64,000 nt of DNA from Deltaproteobacteria bacterium (lineage in GTDB: Bacteria; Myxococcota_A; Polyangia; Fen-1088): the NCBI GenBank assembly GCA_033763315.1, contig JANRKS010000011.1, positions 128,001 through 192,000 of the forward strand. The letters are read 5' to 3'. Under the pieces are notes generated by a model. That model made no database searches, was not told the origin of the DNA, and saw only the letters and a list, made by a program, of their open reading frames with translations. The position numbers were made by a program, and so were the translations under genes. Each line of letters starts with the position of its first letter. Within the stretch, counting starts at the first letter, position 1. Positions 31,743 through 40,634 of the stretch are shown one piece after another.

Positions 31743-32590
31743 TTGACGAAATCAAGCCCGATGTCCACAGACACGGCCGAGTGGGTCAGGGCTCCAACGG
31801 AAATCAAATCCACGCCGGTGCGCGAAAGCTCCGCAATGCGGTCCAGCGTCACGCCCCCTGATACTTCAAGCAGAACATGTGGGCGCACGGCATTTTTGCG
31901 CGCCACCGCTTGCATGATGTCGGGGGTTTTGAAGTTGTCCAAGAGCACCACGTCAGCGCCCGCCGTCAGCGCTTCTTCGAGTTGCGCCAAGGTATCCACC
32001 TCAACCTCGATCTTCAACAGGTGGGGCGCGGCTTGTCGCGCGCGGTTTACGGTGTCGGTCAGCGATCCGTTGGCCGCGATGTGGTTGTCTTTGATCAGGA
32101 CGCCCGAGCCAAGGTCGAACCGATGGTTGCCGCCGCCGCCGCACAAAACGGCGTACTTTTCCAGCGCCCGGTAGCCAGGCGTGGTCTTACGCGTGTCAAC
32201 CACACGCGCGGTGCCGCCACGCGCAGCCTCAACAAAGCGGTCCGTCACGGTGGCCACCGCGCTTAACCGTTGCAGAAAGTTCAACGCCGTACGTTCGGCC
32301 GCCAACACGGCGCGCGCAGGGCCTTGCAGCTGGGCCAAAATCTCACCTTTGCCAGCGGCCACGCCGTCTTTGGTTTGGGTGGTCAAGCGCAGCGCAGGTG
32401 AAACCCGTGCGGCAACCATCTGCACCACAGGCAGACCGGCCACCACCAAATCTTGGCGGCTCACGAAATTCGCCGTGATCTGCGTTTCGGCGGCGATGGT
32501 TGCTGCCGAAGTGACATCGCCGCGGCCGAGATCTTCTTCCAGCGCGAGATCGATGAGCGACAGGGTGTGCGGCGATTGCCAGATATCCAC
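31739..32590 (-). CDS. nadC: quinolinate phosphoribosyltransferase
   Basis: ERTALNFL, DTRKTTPG, LIKDNH, EVEV, LLDN, SVGALTHS; start codon uncertain. Confidence 0.95.
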   Translation of the reverse strand: MDIWQSPHTLSLIDLALEEDLGRGDVTSAATIAAETQITANFVSRQDLVVAGLPVVQMVAARVSPALRLTTQTKDGVAAGKGEILAQLQGPARAVLAAERTALNFLQRLSAVATVTDRFVEAARGGTARVVDTRKTTPGYRALEKYAVLCGGGGNHRFDLGSGVLIKDNHIAANGSLTDTVNRARQAAPHLLKIEVEVDTLAQLEEALTAGADVVLLDNFKTPDIMQAVARKNAVRPHVLLEVSGGVTLDRIAELSRTGVDLISVGALTHSAVSVDIGLDFVK

Positions 32591-32652
32591 GCGGTTAAAG
32601 TAGCAGGCCGCCGCCTGGTGCATCGGCGCGCAAACGGGGTAAAGTGCGCCTT

Positions 32653-32976
32653 ATGTCGAACGTGCCGCCTTCAGATCGAAAGCAAGCCTATGCCCGCCTG
32701 GTTGAGTTTTTGCCGCGCGCGATGGAGGATGGTGTTCTAGACGATCGTGAAAAGGCTGAGCTGCTGGAGATTTTCCGCAGCAATCTGCTGACGCCTCAAG
32801 ATGTGCGCGAGATTTTCTTGGCACACCTGCACGGCATGGCGGCGGAGGTGATGGCCGATGGCATCATCGAAAAGCATGAGCAAGAGCGCTGCTTGCGTGC
32901 GATCCAACAGCTGCGAATTCCACCCAGCTTCGTTCCCGATGAGTTGGCGGCGATCATCGGAACCCAAGTCGACTGA
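32653..32976 (+). CDS. small helical hypothetical protein (TerB-like duplicated xDG motifs)
   Basis: AMEDGVLDDREKAEL and VMADGIIEKHEQERC; fills the intergenic gap. Confidence 0.6.
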   Translation: MSNVPPSDRKQAYARLVEFLPRAMEDGVLDDREKAELLEIFRSNLLTPQDVREIFLAHLHGMAAEVMADGIIEKHEQERCLRAIQQLRIPPSFVPDELAAIIGTQVD

Positions 32977-32979
32977 GAG

Positions 32980-33642
32980 TCAGTCCCAGCGTTCGATCGT
33001 CCAGCCACGCGTGCGTGCCGTGCGCTTAAGACGCGGATCGGGGTTCACCACAACCCGGTGGCTGACGCGCTCCAACATCGGCAGGTCGGTGTAAGAATCG
33101 GTGTAGAACCAGCTGGCGTCCAAATTTAGGTGATGTCGCTTTTGCAGCGACTCGGCCCAATGGATCTTGCCGGTGCCATAACACGCGGGCCCTTCGAGGC
33201 GACCGGTGAACAAGCCTTTTTCGACTTCAAGTGACGTGGCGCCCAGGGCATCCATGCCAAGTGATCGCGCGACGGGCCCAACCACATAGATGGGCGAGGT
33301 GGAAAGGATGGCGAGGAATTGCCCCAACTTGCGGTGGCTTTCAATCTTGCGCAGGCCTTCGGGCAAAAGGCGCGGCAGCACCGTGTCTTCCACCCAGCGT
33401 TGGCACATCTCGGCAAACTCGTCCTCGCGTTGCCCCTTGAGAACCTGCACCACGCGCGCGGCCACGGCTTGGATGTCGAGCAGCGCGAAGTGATAGCGCG
33501 CCAGCCACGACAGGGCCTGCAAAGCGCGTCCCATTGAGAGCTCGCCGCGTTTGCGCATATGGCCGACAAACAGCCGCCCCGTGTTGACCGGCACCAACGT
33601 GCGGTCGAGGTCGAAAAAGGCGGCGGGGCGAAGGGCAAGCAT
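32980..33642 (-). CDS. HAD-IB family hydrolase
   Basis: FFDLDRTL motif I, K in motif III, YTDSYTDLPML motif IV. Confidence 0.9.
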   Translation of the reverse strand: MLALRPAAFFDLDRTLVPVNTGRLFVGHMRKRGELSMGRALQALSWLARYHFALLDIQAVAARVVQVLKGQREDEFAEMCQRWVEDTVLPRLLPEGLRKIESHRKLGQFLAILSTSPIYVVGPVARSLGMDALGATSLEVEKGLFTGRLEGPACYGTGKIHWAESLQKRHHLNLDASWFYTDSYTDLPMLERVSHRVVVNPDPRLKRTARTRGWTIERWD

Positions 33643-33768
33643 CAGGGGAAACTACAACTACAAATATAGATGCATCGTCGGGCCTTTTGTCACTGAACTT
33701 GAGGTGGGGGCGATCCCGGGTTGGGTTTGACTTCGTGGGGGCTCCGCGGTAAAGACGGCGCCATTGAC

Positions 33769-34329
33769 ATGCGCGTAACCGGCGGCCTGGACCGTGGGCG
33801 AAAACTAAAGGCGCCTAAGGGTTTAAAAACGCGGCCTACGGCGTCCAAAGTGCGCGAGGCTGTGTTCAACATCCTGGGCCCCGCGCCTGATGCAGACGTG
33901 CTTGATTTGTTTGCGGGCACGGGCTCGCTGGGCATCGAAGCTTTGTCACGCGGAGCGGCGCACGCGGTGTTTGTTGAGCGTGATCCCCGCGCCTTGGCGG
34001 CCCTGCGACGCAACCTGACTGAGCTTGGCTTCGCGGATCGATCCGTGGTGGTTGGTCGGGAAGTGCAAGCGGCGTTGGCGGATCTGGCGGCCGCGGGCAA
34101 GCGTTTTGCCTGGGTGTTCGTGGATCCGCCCTATGCGGCGGGCGTGGTAGAAGGCGTGCTGCGCGCCATTGGGTGCCATGGCCTCGCTGCGGGGGGAGTG
34201 ATCATCGTGGAACACGACAAACGCAATGTGCCGCCCGACGAAAGCGGCGGATTAATCCTCACCGATCGCCGGTATTACGGGGACACGGGGCTTTCGTTTT
34301 ATCGCTGCCAGCAAGGGTTGTCCGCGTGA
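33769..34329 (+). CDS. rsmD: 16S rRNA m2G966 methyltransferase
   Basis: TRPT..KVREAVFN, LDLFAGTGSLGIEALSRGA, DPPY. Confidence 0.93.
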   Translation: MRVTGGLDRGRKLKAPKGLKTRPTASKVREAVFNILGPAPDADVLDLFAGTGSLGIEALSRGAAHAVFVERDPRALAALRRNLTELGFADRSVVVGREVQAALADLAAAGKRFAWVFVDPPYAAGVVEGVLRAIGCHGLAAGGVIIVEHDKRNVPPDESGGLILTDRRYYGDTGLSFYRCQQGLSA

Positions 34330-34838
34330 GCCGGGCGCCGATGATTGCTGTTTACCCTGGCACGTTCGACCCCATAACGAACGGCCACGTAGACATTCTC
34401 AAGCGTGCGGTGCCCCTGTGCGACAAGGTCATCGTGGCGGTGGCCAATAATGTGCGCAAGTCGCCGTTGTTTACGGTCGAAGAACGCATACGTATGGTTC
34501 GCGACGCCGTGGGCGACGATCCGCGCATTGAGGTTGATTCGTTCTCGGGGCTGCTGGTGGATTACGTCCGCAAGCAAGGGGGGCGGGCGGTGATCCGCGG
34601 CCTGCGCGCCATCGCTGATTTCGAGTATGAGTTTCAGTTCGCGCACATGAACCGGCACCTGGCGCCCGACGTGGAAACGATTTTCTTGATGACAAGCGAG
34701 GAAAGCTTTTATGTGTCTTCCTCTTTGGTAAAAGAAGTCGCCAGCATGGGGGGCGACATCACCCGCATTGCTCCGCCGGCCGTCGTGGCCGCTTTGAAAC
34801 AGAAACTCAACACCACCACACAGGGACCCTCGCGATGA
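34326..34838 (+). CDS. coaD: phosphopantetheine adenylyltransferase
   Basis: YPGTFDPITNGH, RGLRAIADFEYE, SSSLVKE; GTG overlaps the rsmD stop (alternative ATG 34341). Confidence 0.96.
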   Translation: MSRAPMIAVYPGTFDPITNGHVDILKRAVPLCDKVIVAVANNVRKSPLFTVEERIRMVRDAVGDDPRIEVDSFSGLLVDYVRKQGGRAVIRGLRAIADFEYEFQFAHMNRHLAPDVETIFLMTSEESFYVSSSLVKEVASMGGDITRIAPPAVVAALKQKLNTTTQGPSR

Positions 34839-36031
34839 AATTGTCGAAGCGTTTGGACGTGATTGAACCGTCGATGACCTTGAAGGTCACCCAAAGGGCC
34901 GCCGAGCTGAAGGCCAAAGGGATCGACGTTGTCAGCTTTGGGGCCGGGGAGCCCGACTTCGACACGCCCGCTCACATCAAAGAGGCGGCCAAGCGCGCGC
35001 TTGACGCAGGCGCCACAAAGTACACGGCGGTGCCGGGCACGCCTGAATTGCGTAAGGCCGTGGCCGCGTGGTTCGCCAAAGATCACGGCATCGAAGTGCC
35101 CGTGAACGAAGTCATGGTGTCCGCGGGCGCCAAGCAAGTGATCTACAACGCCTTCCAGGCGGTTTTGGACGAAGGCGACGAAGTGATTTTGCCCGCGCCT
35201 TACTGGGTGAGCTACTCCGAGATCGCAAAGCTGGCGGGCGGCGTGCCGGTGCCGGTGTCGTCATCGGCGGCGGATAATTTCATCGTGCGCCCTGAAGCCA
35301 TCGAGGCTGCGATCACGCCGAAGACAAAAATGATCGTCGTGGTTTCGCCCAGCAATCCCACGGGCGCGGTTTACCCCGAAGCCACGCTGCGCGCGATCTC
35401 GGATCTCGTTGTGAAGCACAACTTGTGGATGCTGACCGACGACATCTACCGTTACCTTTGCTACGGCGACGCGAAATTCACGCAACCGGTGACGTTTGGC
35501 CCCGAAGTGCGCAAGCGTACAATCGTGGCCGACGGCGTGTCGAAGGCGTACGCGATGACGGGGTGGCGCATTGGCTTTGCTTTGGCGCCCAAGGACGTCA
35601 TCGAAGCGATGAACACGCTGCAAGGTCAATCCACCACGAACGCGGCGGCGGTTTCGCAAGCGGCGGCTTTGGCGGCCATCACGGGCCCGCAGGATGAAGT
35701 GGAACGCATGCGCGTGGAGTTCGACAAGCGCCGCCAATACATGGTGCGCGGCCTCAACAGCATGCCAGGCGTCAAATGCACCGAGCCGATGGGCGCGTTC
35801 TACTGCTTCCCCGACGTGTCTGCCTACAACGGCAAGTCCACGCCTGATGGCAAAGTGATCGCGAGCGATCTGGATCTCTGTGACTACTTGATCACCGAGG
35901 GCCGCGTGGCCTTGGTTCCAGGCAGCGCCTTCTTTGCGCCAGGGTTCGTGCGTTTGTCGTACGCAACGTCGCAAGCCAACATCGAAAAGGGCTTGGCCCG
36001 CATCGGTGAGGCACTGGCGAAGCTCAAGTAA
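34835..36031 (+). CDS. PLP-dependent aminotransferase class I/II (aspartate aminotransferase-like)
   Basis: GEPDFDTP, SPSNPTG, DDIY, SKAYAMTGWRIG. Confidence 0.93.
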   Translation: MKLSKRLDVIEPSMTLKVTQRAAELKAKGIDVVSFGAGEPDFDTPAHIKEAAKRALDAGATKYTAVPGTPELRKAVAAWFAKDHGIEVPVNEVMVSAGAKQVIYNAFQAVLDEGDEVILPAPYWVSYSEIAKLAGGVPVPVSSSAADNFIVRPEAIEAAITPKTKMIVVVSPSNPTGAVYPEATLRAISDLVVKHNLWMLTDDIYRYLCYGDAKFTQPVTFGPEVRKRTIVADGVSKAYAMTGWRIGFALAPKDVIEAMNTLQGQSTTNAAAVSQAAALAAITGPQDEVERMRVEFDKRRQYMVRGLNSMPGVKCTEPMGAFYCFPDVSAYNGKSTPDGKVIASDLDLCDYLITEGRVALVPGSAFFAPGFVRLSYATSQANIEKGLARIGEALAKLK

Positions 36032-36053
36032 GGCGGCGTTGACGTAAGAACGC

Positions 36054-36078
36054 ACGGCGGCTCGCAAGGGGCCGCCGT
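36054..36078. terminator. GC-rich hairpin between convergent genes
   Basis: ACGGCGGCTC-gcaag-GGGCCGCCGT; no long U tract. Confidence 0.5.
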
Positions 36079-36084
36079 AAGGCG

Positions 36085-36672
36085 CTAACCAGACGATGAC
36101 TGTACGTTGGCCCACAAGGCGCCCAAATCGAATTCGATGGCGTCGAATGGTTGCGCCCGGATGCGAACGTCATCGAGGTGCGTGCCCCGCAAGATCCACT
36201 GCCCGTCAGCACCAAGCTGCAAGATCTCCAGTGTCCGTTGACTTGGGTTAACGAGCCACACCCAAGGCACCTTCTCACGCGCGTACACGCCAAGCTTTTG
36301 CCCACGATCAAATCGTTCGGTTCCGGGACTCAGAACTTCGGCAATCCAATCGGGCGGGACGGTTGAAAAAGCGGTGTTTGGTATTTCTTCCATGCGGGGC
36401 TGACGCCACCCTGCAAGGTCAGGAACGAGAACATCAGCGCCGAGATGAAGCTCCGGCTCATAAAGCAGAATCCAACCGCCGGGCCCTCCTTTCCCACGCT
36501 TAAATGGCGGCCCCAGCTCTTCACTTAGAGCCGTCGCTGCCGCGGAGTGAGGCAGGCTCGGGCGCGGGTGCAGATGCAAGTCTCCGTTCACCACCTCAGC
36601 CACCATGTGTGGCGGAGCGTTAAGAACGTCTTCATACGAAGCCGTGCGCCGTGCCGGATGTGCCATTCGCAC
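36085..36672 (-). CDS. Uma2 family endonuclease (DUF820)
   Basis: EPELHL, VPDLAGW, PDWIAEVLSPGT, WLVNP. Confidence 0.9.
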   Translation of the reverse strand: MRMAHPARRTASYEDVLNAPPHMVAEVVNGDLHLHPRPSLPHSAAATALSEELGPPFKRGKGGPGGWILLYEPELHLGADVLVPDLAGWRQPRMEEIPNTAFSTVPPDWIAEVLSPGTERFDRGQKLGVYAREKVPWVWLVNPSQRTLEILQLGADGQWILRGTHLDDVRIRAQPFDAIEFDLGALWANVQSSSG

Positions 36673-36782
36673 TTAAAGATACCATTAGGCACGGGGGATG
36701 TCGGCGCCAACATAAGGCAGGGAGCTTGCATCACCCACTGCAACGTCGACTCTGAGCGGGGACCTTAAGAGCTTGCCCGCGG

Positions 36783-38420
36783 TCAGCGGGCGACCACGTC
36801 CACGGCCATCGTGGCGGCTTGTTCTAATGCTTGAACGGTGGTTGTGGCCGCCTTGCCCCTCGATTCCACCTTCGTGCGGTATTGCCACCAGGCGTGGGCC
36901 TTTTCCTCATCCCACGATGAGGCTTCAGGCAGCGCTTCCAACGCGCGCTTAAGAGCCATGGCGCTGGCGGGGCGGCCTTCGGGTGTTTTGGCCAAGCAGT
37001 TGAGGATCAAAGCATCCAATTCTTTTGATAACGGCGTAGGCGCAAACAGCGAGGGCGCGCGGGGTGTGTTAGCGATGTGGCGTGCCAGCATTTGCACTGG
37101 CGAATCAGCATCGAACGGCAGCCTTTGGGTCAGCAGGAAATAGGCGCTGACACCCATCGCATAAAGATCACTGGCGGGTCCCACGGCGTGTGGCGTTTGA
37201 ATGCTTTCAGGCGACATATAGGCCGGCGTGCCCATCACCGACCGCGCGTCGTGGGCGCTTTCATCCACGTGAACGAAGTCTCGAACCAAACCGAAATCAA
37301 GCACCTTCACCACGTCGGGCACGCCCGCGCGACACGTGAGGAAGATGTTGCTTGGCTTGATGTCACGGTGAACCAATCCTCGCGTGTGCGCTTCGGACAA
37401 AGCGGCGCACGCTTGGCTCAACATGTGGATCACGCGGCCCGGTGGCTGCGCACCATAGGTTGTCGTCAACACCTCTAAGTCCAAGCCCTCGAGCATCTCC
37501 ATCGCGTAATAGAAGATGCCGTCGACGCTGCGGCCATAATCGTAGATCGCGATCGTGTTGGGGTGGGTGAGGGCGGCAGCGTGCTGCACCTCATGCTCGA
37601 AGCGGCGGATGTTCTCGGCGCCGGCTTTGTCTGGCGGCAACAACTTCACGGCGGTGTCGCGGCGAAGCAGCGCGTGCCTCGCGCGGTAAACAACGCCCAT
37701 GCCACCTTCGCCAATCTTTGCCAGCAGCACATATTGCCCCAACACGCGCGCTTGAGCCGCCGCACGTCGCAATTCATACAAAAGGCCTGAACCATAACCG
37801 GCCAGCGCACACAAGGCGCCGGACCACAGCACAAGGAAGCCCAATTGCAGCGACCGCGGTGCTAACAGATCTTCCGGGCGAAAGACGGCGATCAGCACGT
37901 TCGCCAACAGTACCGGCGTGCAGGCGGCCATCGTGATCCAGGTGGTGCGTCGGGCGGTGCTGGGCACGAACAACGTGCGGCCAAACACTTTAAGTGCCGT
38001 GCCCACGAACGCGCCCACTTGCGCGATCGGCAACTCGAACATGATGAAGGCGCTGCCGCCCATGAATAGCGTGGGGGCCAACGTGCCCAATAGATCCAGC
38101 GCCAGGAGCGTTCGCGCAGGCAACGGCGCGTGCGTGGTCATCACGGCGATGACGGCCAACAACACCACGGCCGCGGCTGCCAGCGCCAGAGCTGATCCGA
38201 CGGGCTGCGGGCGTCCGCCAATCACACCTAGGCGCAAGATGATGAGGAACGCGGCGTAGGCGGCCGTGAGAACCAACAGTGTCCGAGCAAAGATGCCGAG
38301 GCGAAGCTGCAGAACGGCGCGGCCCTCGTCAGTGTTGGGCGCATACCCAACCGAGCCGCCGGAGCTGTTCACCGGTGGTTGAAGAGCAAGCGCGTCGGAA
38401 GATGCGGTTTGGTTTTGCAT
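36783..38420 (-). CDS. membrane-anchored Ser/Thr protein kinase
   Basis: About 6 N-terminal TMs then GEGGMG, AVK, HRDIKPSN, DFG, GTPAYMSPE; start taken at ATG 38420 (track extension looks non-coding). Confidence 0.9.
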   Translation of the reverse strand: MQNQTASSDALALQPPVNSSGGSVGYAPNTDEGRAVLQLRLGIFARTLLVLTAAYAAFLIILRLGVIGGRPQPVGSALALAAAAVVLLAVIAVMTTHAPLPARTLLALDLLGTLAPTLFMGGSAFIMFELPIAQVGAFVGTALKVFGRTLFVPSTARRTTWITMAACTPVLLANVLIAVFRPEDLLAPRSLQLGFLVLWSGALCALAGYGSGLLYELRRAAAQARVLGQYVLLAKIGEGGMGVVYRARHALLRRDTAVKLLPPDKAGAENIRRFEHEVQHAAALTHPNTIAIYDYGRSVDGIFYYAMEMLEGLDLEVLTTTYGAQPPGRVIHMLSQACAALSEAHTRGLVHRDIKPSNIFLTCRAGVPDVVKVLDFGLVRDFVHVDESAHDARSVMGTPAYMSPESIQTPHAVGPASDLYAMGVSAYFLLTQRLPFDADSPVQMLARHIANTPRAPSLFAPTPLSKELDALILNCLAKTPEGRPASAMALKRALEALPEASSWDEEKAHAWWQYRTKVESRGKAATTTVQALEQAATMAVDVVAR

Positions 38421-38671
38421 GGAAGGCGCCGGCCGGTTTATCGGCGGGTGTCGGTGACGCATCAAGCACGCGGTGCGTTGCGTGCCGGGGGCGCTGCGCG
38501 GTGGCCCAGAATGGATCTTCTTGATTGCCTCGAAGCGAACAACGAAAGGGACTGACTTGTAAGGGCGTCGCCGCCGAAGCTCAGCCATGCGGAACTGGCT
38601 GCGAGGAGTGATGGGCGCCGTGCTTCCTAGTAAGTATCGGGCTGCATTTCGTGGTGTGGGGACCCACGTGA

Positions 38672-38751
38672 CCCAGGTATAGTGTCGCCAGAATGCTAGC
38701 GATAAGGTCGAAGTTGGGTCATGGCAACGGTGCAGGGGAGCGGGTGAACCA
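38672..38751 (+). repeat. diverged non-coding direct repeat, copy 1
   Basis: Shares blocks CCCAnGTATAGTGTCGCC, AGCGAnAAGnTCGAnGTTGGGT and ATGGCAACGGTGC with 40091-40188. Confidence 0.8.
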
Positions 38752-38868
38752 CACAAGTGCCCCTCTGACAGGCCAACCTTCATTTCCGTTCCGGAAGGCG
38801 CTATCGAGCGGGTTCTGGAGCATGGGTTGATAGCCGGATGCCATCCCGGACGAGTTTAGGGAGACAAA

Positions 38869-39627
38869 ATGTATCTGACGCTGAAGCTTGGCGACCGCCT
38901 CCCCAGTGTGGCGCTTGCGCAATCGTGTTTGCTCGAGGCAGGTGCTGAAATGCTCGCCGTCGATGGAATCTTCGGCCCCAAGACCTACGAGTGCGTCCGT
39001 AGGTTCCAGCGAGAGAAGGGCTTGGCGTCGTCTGGTCGCATCGAGCATCACACCTGGCGGGCGCTCTTCGCCGCGAAACCGCAACTTGCAGTTGAAGTGA
39101 TTGACGCATCGGAAATCACCGTCCTTGAAGATGATGGCCCGTACCTTGATACCGGCGGCTCAAACATTCTGGTCAATTACGGAATGTCAAAAGGAGCAAT
39201 CACATTGATCGAAACTCTGGTCGCCAAGTACGCGCCGCGATCGATTTCCCTGCTTCGTTTTCACGGTCACGGAGGCCCAGGTGAAATGCGTATCGCGGGC
39301 GGCGGCCCAGGCGTTCGAGGAACATCGTCTTTCGCAGCCGGGCATTTCAAACTTCCGCGAGCGATCGAATACTTTCGTAAACTGGGGCGCGTCATGAAGC
39401 CGTACGGCAGTATGGAATTTCACGGGTGCCGGGTCGGGCAAGGTGCGCAGGGGAAACGCCTACTGGCCGGGATTGCAATGGCGTGTGACGTTCCTGCTAG
39501 TGCGGGGGTGGGGACTCAGTATGGCGGCAAGAAGTCCGACAGATTTGAGGGCATCACTGTCACACACTTTCCTCGTTCGTTGTCCCTGAAGGCTTGGGCC
39601 CAAACTGCATTCAACTCTTGCCAATAG
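38869..39627 (+). CDS. peptidoglycan-binding domain plus DUF4347-like (His/Cys) domain protein
   Basis: VDGIFGPKT..VRRFQ..GL..SG.I..TW (PG_binding_1); C-terminal LRFHGHGGPG and MEFHGCRVG; GGGAG RBS. Confidence 0.8.
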   Translation: MYLTLKLGDRLPSVALAQSCLLEAGAEMLAVDGIFGPKTYECVRRFQREKGLASSGRIEHHTWRALFAAKPQLAVEVIDASEITVLEDDGPYLDTGGSNILVNYGMSKGAITLIETLVAKYAPRSISLLRFHGHGGPGEMRIAGGGPGVRGTSSFAAGHFKLPRAIEYFRKLGRVMKPYGSMEFHGCRVGQGAQGKRLLAGIAMACDVPASAGVGTQYGGKKSDRFEGITVTHFPRSLSLKAWAQTAFNSCQ

Positions 39628-39633
39628 CAGCAC

Positions 39634-39960
39634 TCAAAACTCGACGTCCTGCTCTAGCTCTTCCTTGGGAATGCAGCGTGAAGGTCGCTTGCCGTCCTTC
39701 TCCGGGGGGCAATCGCTTTCCGGCTTGATCTGTTTTTTTGCTGACGACGGCGAATCGACCTTCGCAGCTGGCCCCGCCTCGCGCGCCCCGTCTTGGCTGC
39801 GACTACCCGCATCCTCACTCGCTGGCAGCACGGACCTAACGATCGGAGGCGAGTCGAAGACATCCTCCGGCTGGCGGTTTGGACTACGGCAAGCGTACAT
39901 ACTTGCAACGAAAGCAGCAAGGAATGCGGGGCAATTGAATACTTTCGTCGTCATGGGCAC
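39634..39960 (-). CDS. small putative lipoprotein
   Basis: Hydrophobic leader ending in MYAC, low-complexity body, two C-terminal Cys; stop lies 6 bp from the convergent gene. Confidence 0.5.
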   Translation of the reverse strand: MPMTTKVFNCPAFLAAFVASMYACRSPNRQPEDVFDSPPIVRSVLPASEDAGSRSQDGAREAGPAAKVDSPSSAKKQIKPESDCPPEKDGKRPSRCIPKEELEQDVEF

Positions 39961-40090
39961 CAGCTTACGGTTCTGAGTTTACACGAAATACTTTAGCGCT
40001 CGGGTGGTATTCAAAAGCGGTGAAGGGGGCCGCCGGAAGGTTTTGAAGGAGTCACCAGCGGTTCGTCAACGGCTGCAGCCACGCGGCCTC

Positions 40091-40188
40091 CCCATGTATA
40101 GTGTCGCCTTCAATGCACGCCTGCGAAGTGTCAGCGACAAGTTCGATGTTGGGTATGATGGCAACGGTGCGGGGGCTGGGCTGATCCA
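40091..40188 (+). repeat. diverged non-coding direct repeat, copy 2 (leader of the hsd operon)
   Basis: See copy 1; ends at the hsdM ATG and contains a TATAGT -10-like hexamer. Confidence 0.8.
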
Positions 40189-40634
40189 TGGCGATCAAGA
40201 AGTCCGACCTCTATTCGTCGCTGTGGGCCTCATGTGACGAGCTGCGCGGAGGCATGGATGCCTCGCAGTACAAGGACTACGTCCTGGTGCTGCTGTTCAT
40301 GAAGTACGTATCGGATAAGGCGCAAAGCCAGAAGAACTATCTGCTGGACGTGCCCAAGGGTGAGAACATCATCCTTCGAACAATGACCGGGAGCACCTTC
40401 CAGAGGGTTCTCAAGGACAACGCCTCGGGTTCAACAGCGACAGGCATTCAGCGAAGGCGGCTCGAAACCTTAGAATTGAACCTTCCGCCCGTGGTGGAAC
40501 AAATCGCCATTGCCGCCATCCTCTCCGATATGGACGCCGAGCTCGCCGCCCTGGAACAACGCCGCGACAAAACGCGCCTTCTCAAGCAGGGCATGATGCA
40601 AGAACTTCTCACCGGAAGAACGCGCCTCATATGA
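40188..40634 (+). pseudogene. in-frame fusion of HsdM N-terminus and HsdS C-terminus (deleted type I R-M methyltransferase/specificity genes)
   Basis: aa 1-58 MAIKKSDLYSSLWASCDELRGGMDASQYKDYVL is HsdM_N; the rest LPP..EQIAIAAILSDMDAE...KQGMMQELLTGRTRL is the HsdS tail; no NPPF or SAM motif. Confidence 0.88.

Noticed and set aside
38421-38783. N-terminal extension of the kinase ORF
   Set aside because: Arg/Pro-rich atypical sequence that spans the duplicated non-coding element; ATG 38420 is more plausible.
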